Of a stretch of 64,000 nucleotides of DNA, positions 63,191 to 64,000 are shown piece after piece. A program made the translations under genes and the position numbers. The notes beneath the pieces are model-generated. The model was given only the letters and a program-made list of their open reading frames with translations. It searched no databases and was not told the origin of the DNA. How positions within the stretch are numbered: position 1 is the stretch's first letter; every line of letters starts with the position of its first letter. Source of the stretch: Dendrobates tinctorius (taxonomy: Eukaryota); contig NW_027361699.1 in NCBI RefSeq assembly GCF_039654945.1, forward strand, positions 7,564,001 to 7,628,000, given 5' to 3'.

Positions 63191-64000
63191 GTATAATTAA
63201 TTATGCTCAATTAAGTGATGCAATTAAAACTAATATAAAATAATAATTACAATTAATATGCTAATATTAATATTGAGCAGAATTCATTTCAGACTTTGAG
63301 AGAATTAATTGCCCACCCCTGCAACAGGCGATGTCACCTCTGACCCTGTTCCCCCTCCCTTTACAATGACTTTTGCCCAAGCTCATCAAATGTTAAAATA
63401 CAAACAGGGTTGAAGTCTGTTCATTGCTGCTAATGTAAATGTAAATCTCCTGGAATAACAGAAAGTTAAAAAAGTCCCAATGGCCAAAGTGAGAATTGGC
63501 AGATTTGTATTTAGAAACTCATTAAAAATTAGGAAATAGAAAAAAAACATTGGAATAAGGGCCCGGTGACCGCCCTACAGACAATTAAGGATTGTCCAGT
63601 CCTGTTGAAATCTGTATGATAGGTTAACATTTACTTTACTAGTGTGAATCGGGGATTCACAAAGTAACTAAGAGGATATTGCTTGGACAACTAGGGCAAG
63701 GAATGTCTGAGAAGACAGGAATGCAATGGATCGCCATCATTTCTAAGCTCTTTGGAAGACTTTCATGGTTCTGCAAGTCATGGAAGTACTTTTCATATTA
63801 ACCATGTAATAATTTATGCCCTACTGCTCCAAACTTGCCCTTGTTACCGCTGAACAAATAAGATATAAGAAACAAAATAAAAAAATGGTTCATGTAGTCC
63901 TCCTAAAGAGGAACTGTTATATTGTCCATGTGTAAGGAGAAGACCCGGACCAGGCCTACCTACTCTGTGATGGATCCGGAACTGTTGGTGCTATCACACA

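Overview
Eukaryotic, gene-free, transposon-saturated vertebrate DNA. The mix of repeat families (TTAA Kolobok/T2-type MITEs, Harbinger-type MITEs, hAT, Tc1, L2, CR1, Penelope, solo LTRs) suggests an anuran genome; that is inference. I found no host protein-coding exon. Main structures: (1) a ~12-kb near-identical tandem duplication (8769-20550 / 20551-32735) whose junction falls exactly on the terminus of a 9.1-kb hAT transposon, next to an 8-mer that fits the hAT target pattern; (2) three copies of a young Tc1/DD34E family with open 340-aa transposase ORFs; (3) a Penelope-like (Neptune-type) retroelement arranged as a ~8-kb foldback (48419-56480), with RT, GIY-YIG and a minimal hammerhead ribozyme motif in each terminal repeat; (4) a small palindromic pair of hammerhead-like motifs split by an L2 insertion; (5) many nested MITEs, solo LTRs and minisatellites with readable target-site duplications (TSDs). 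All boundaries and identities were read by eye, with no database search.
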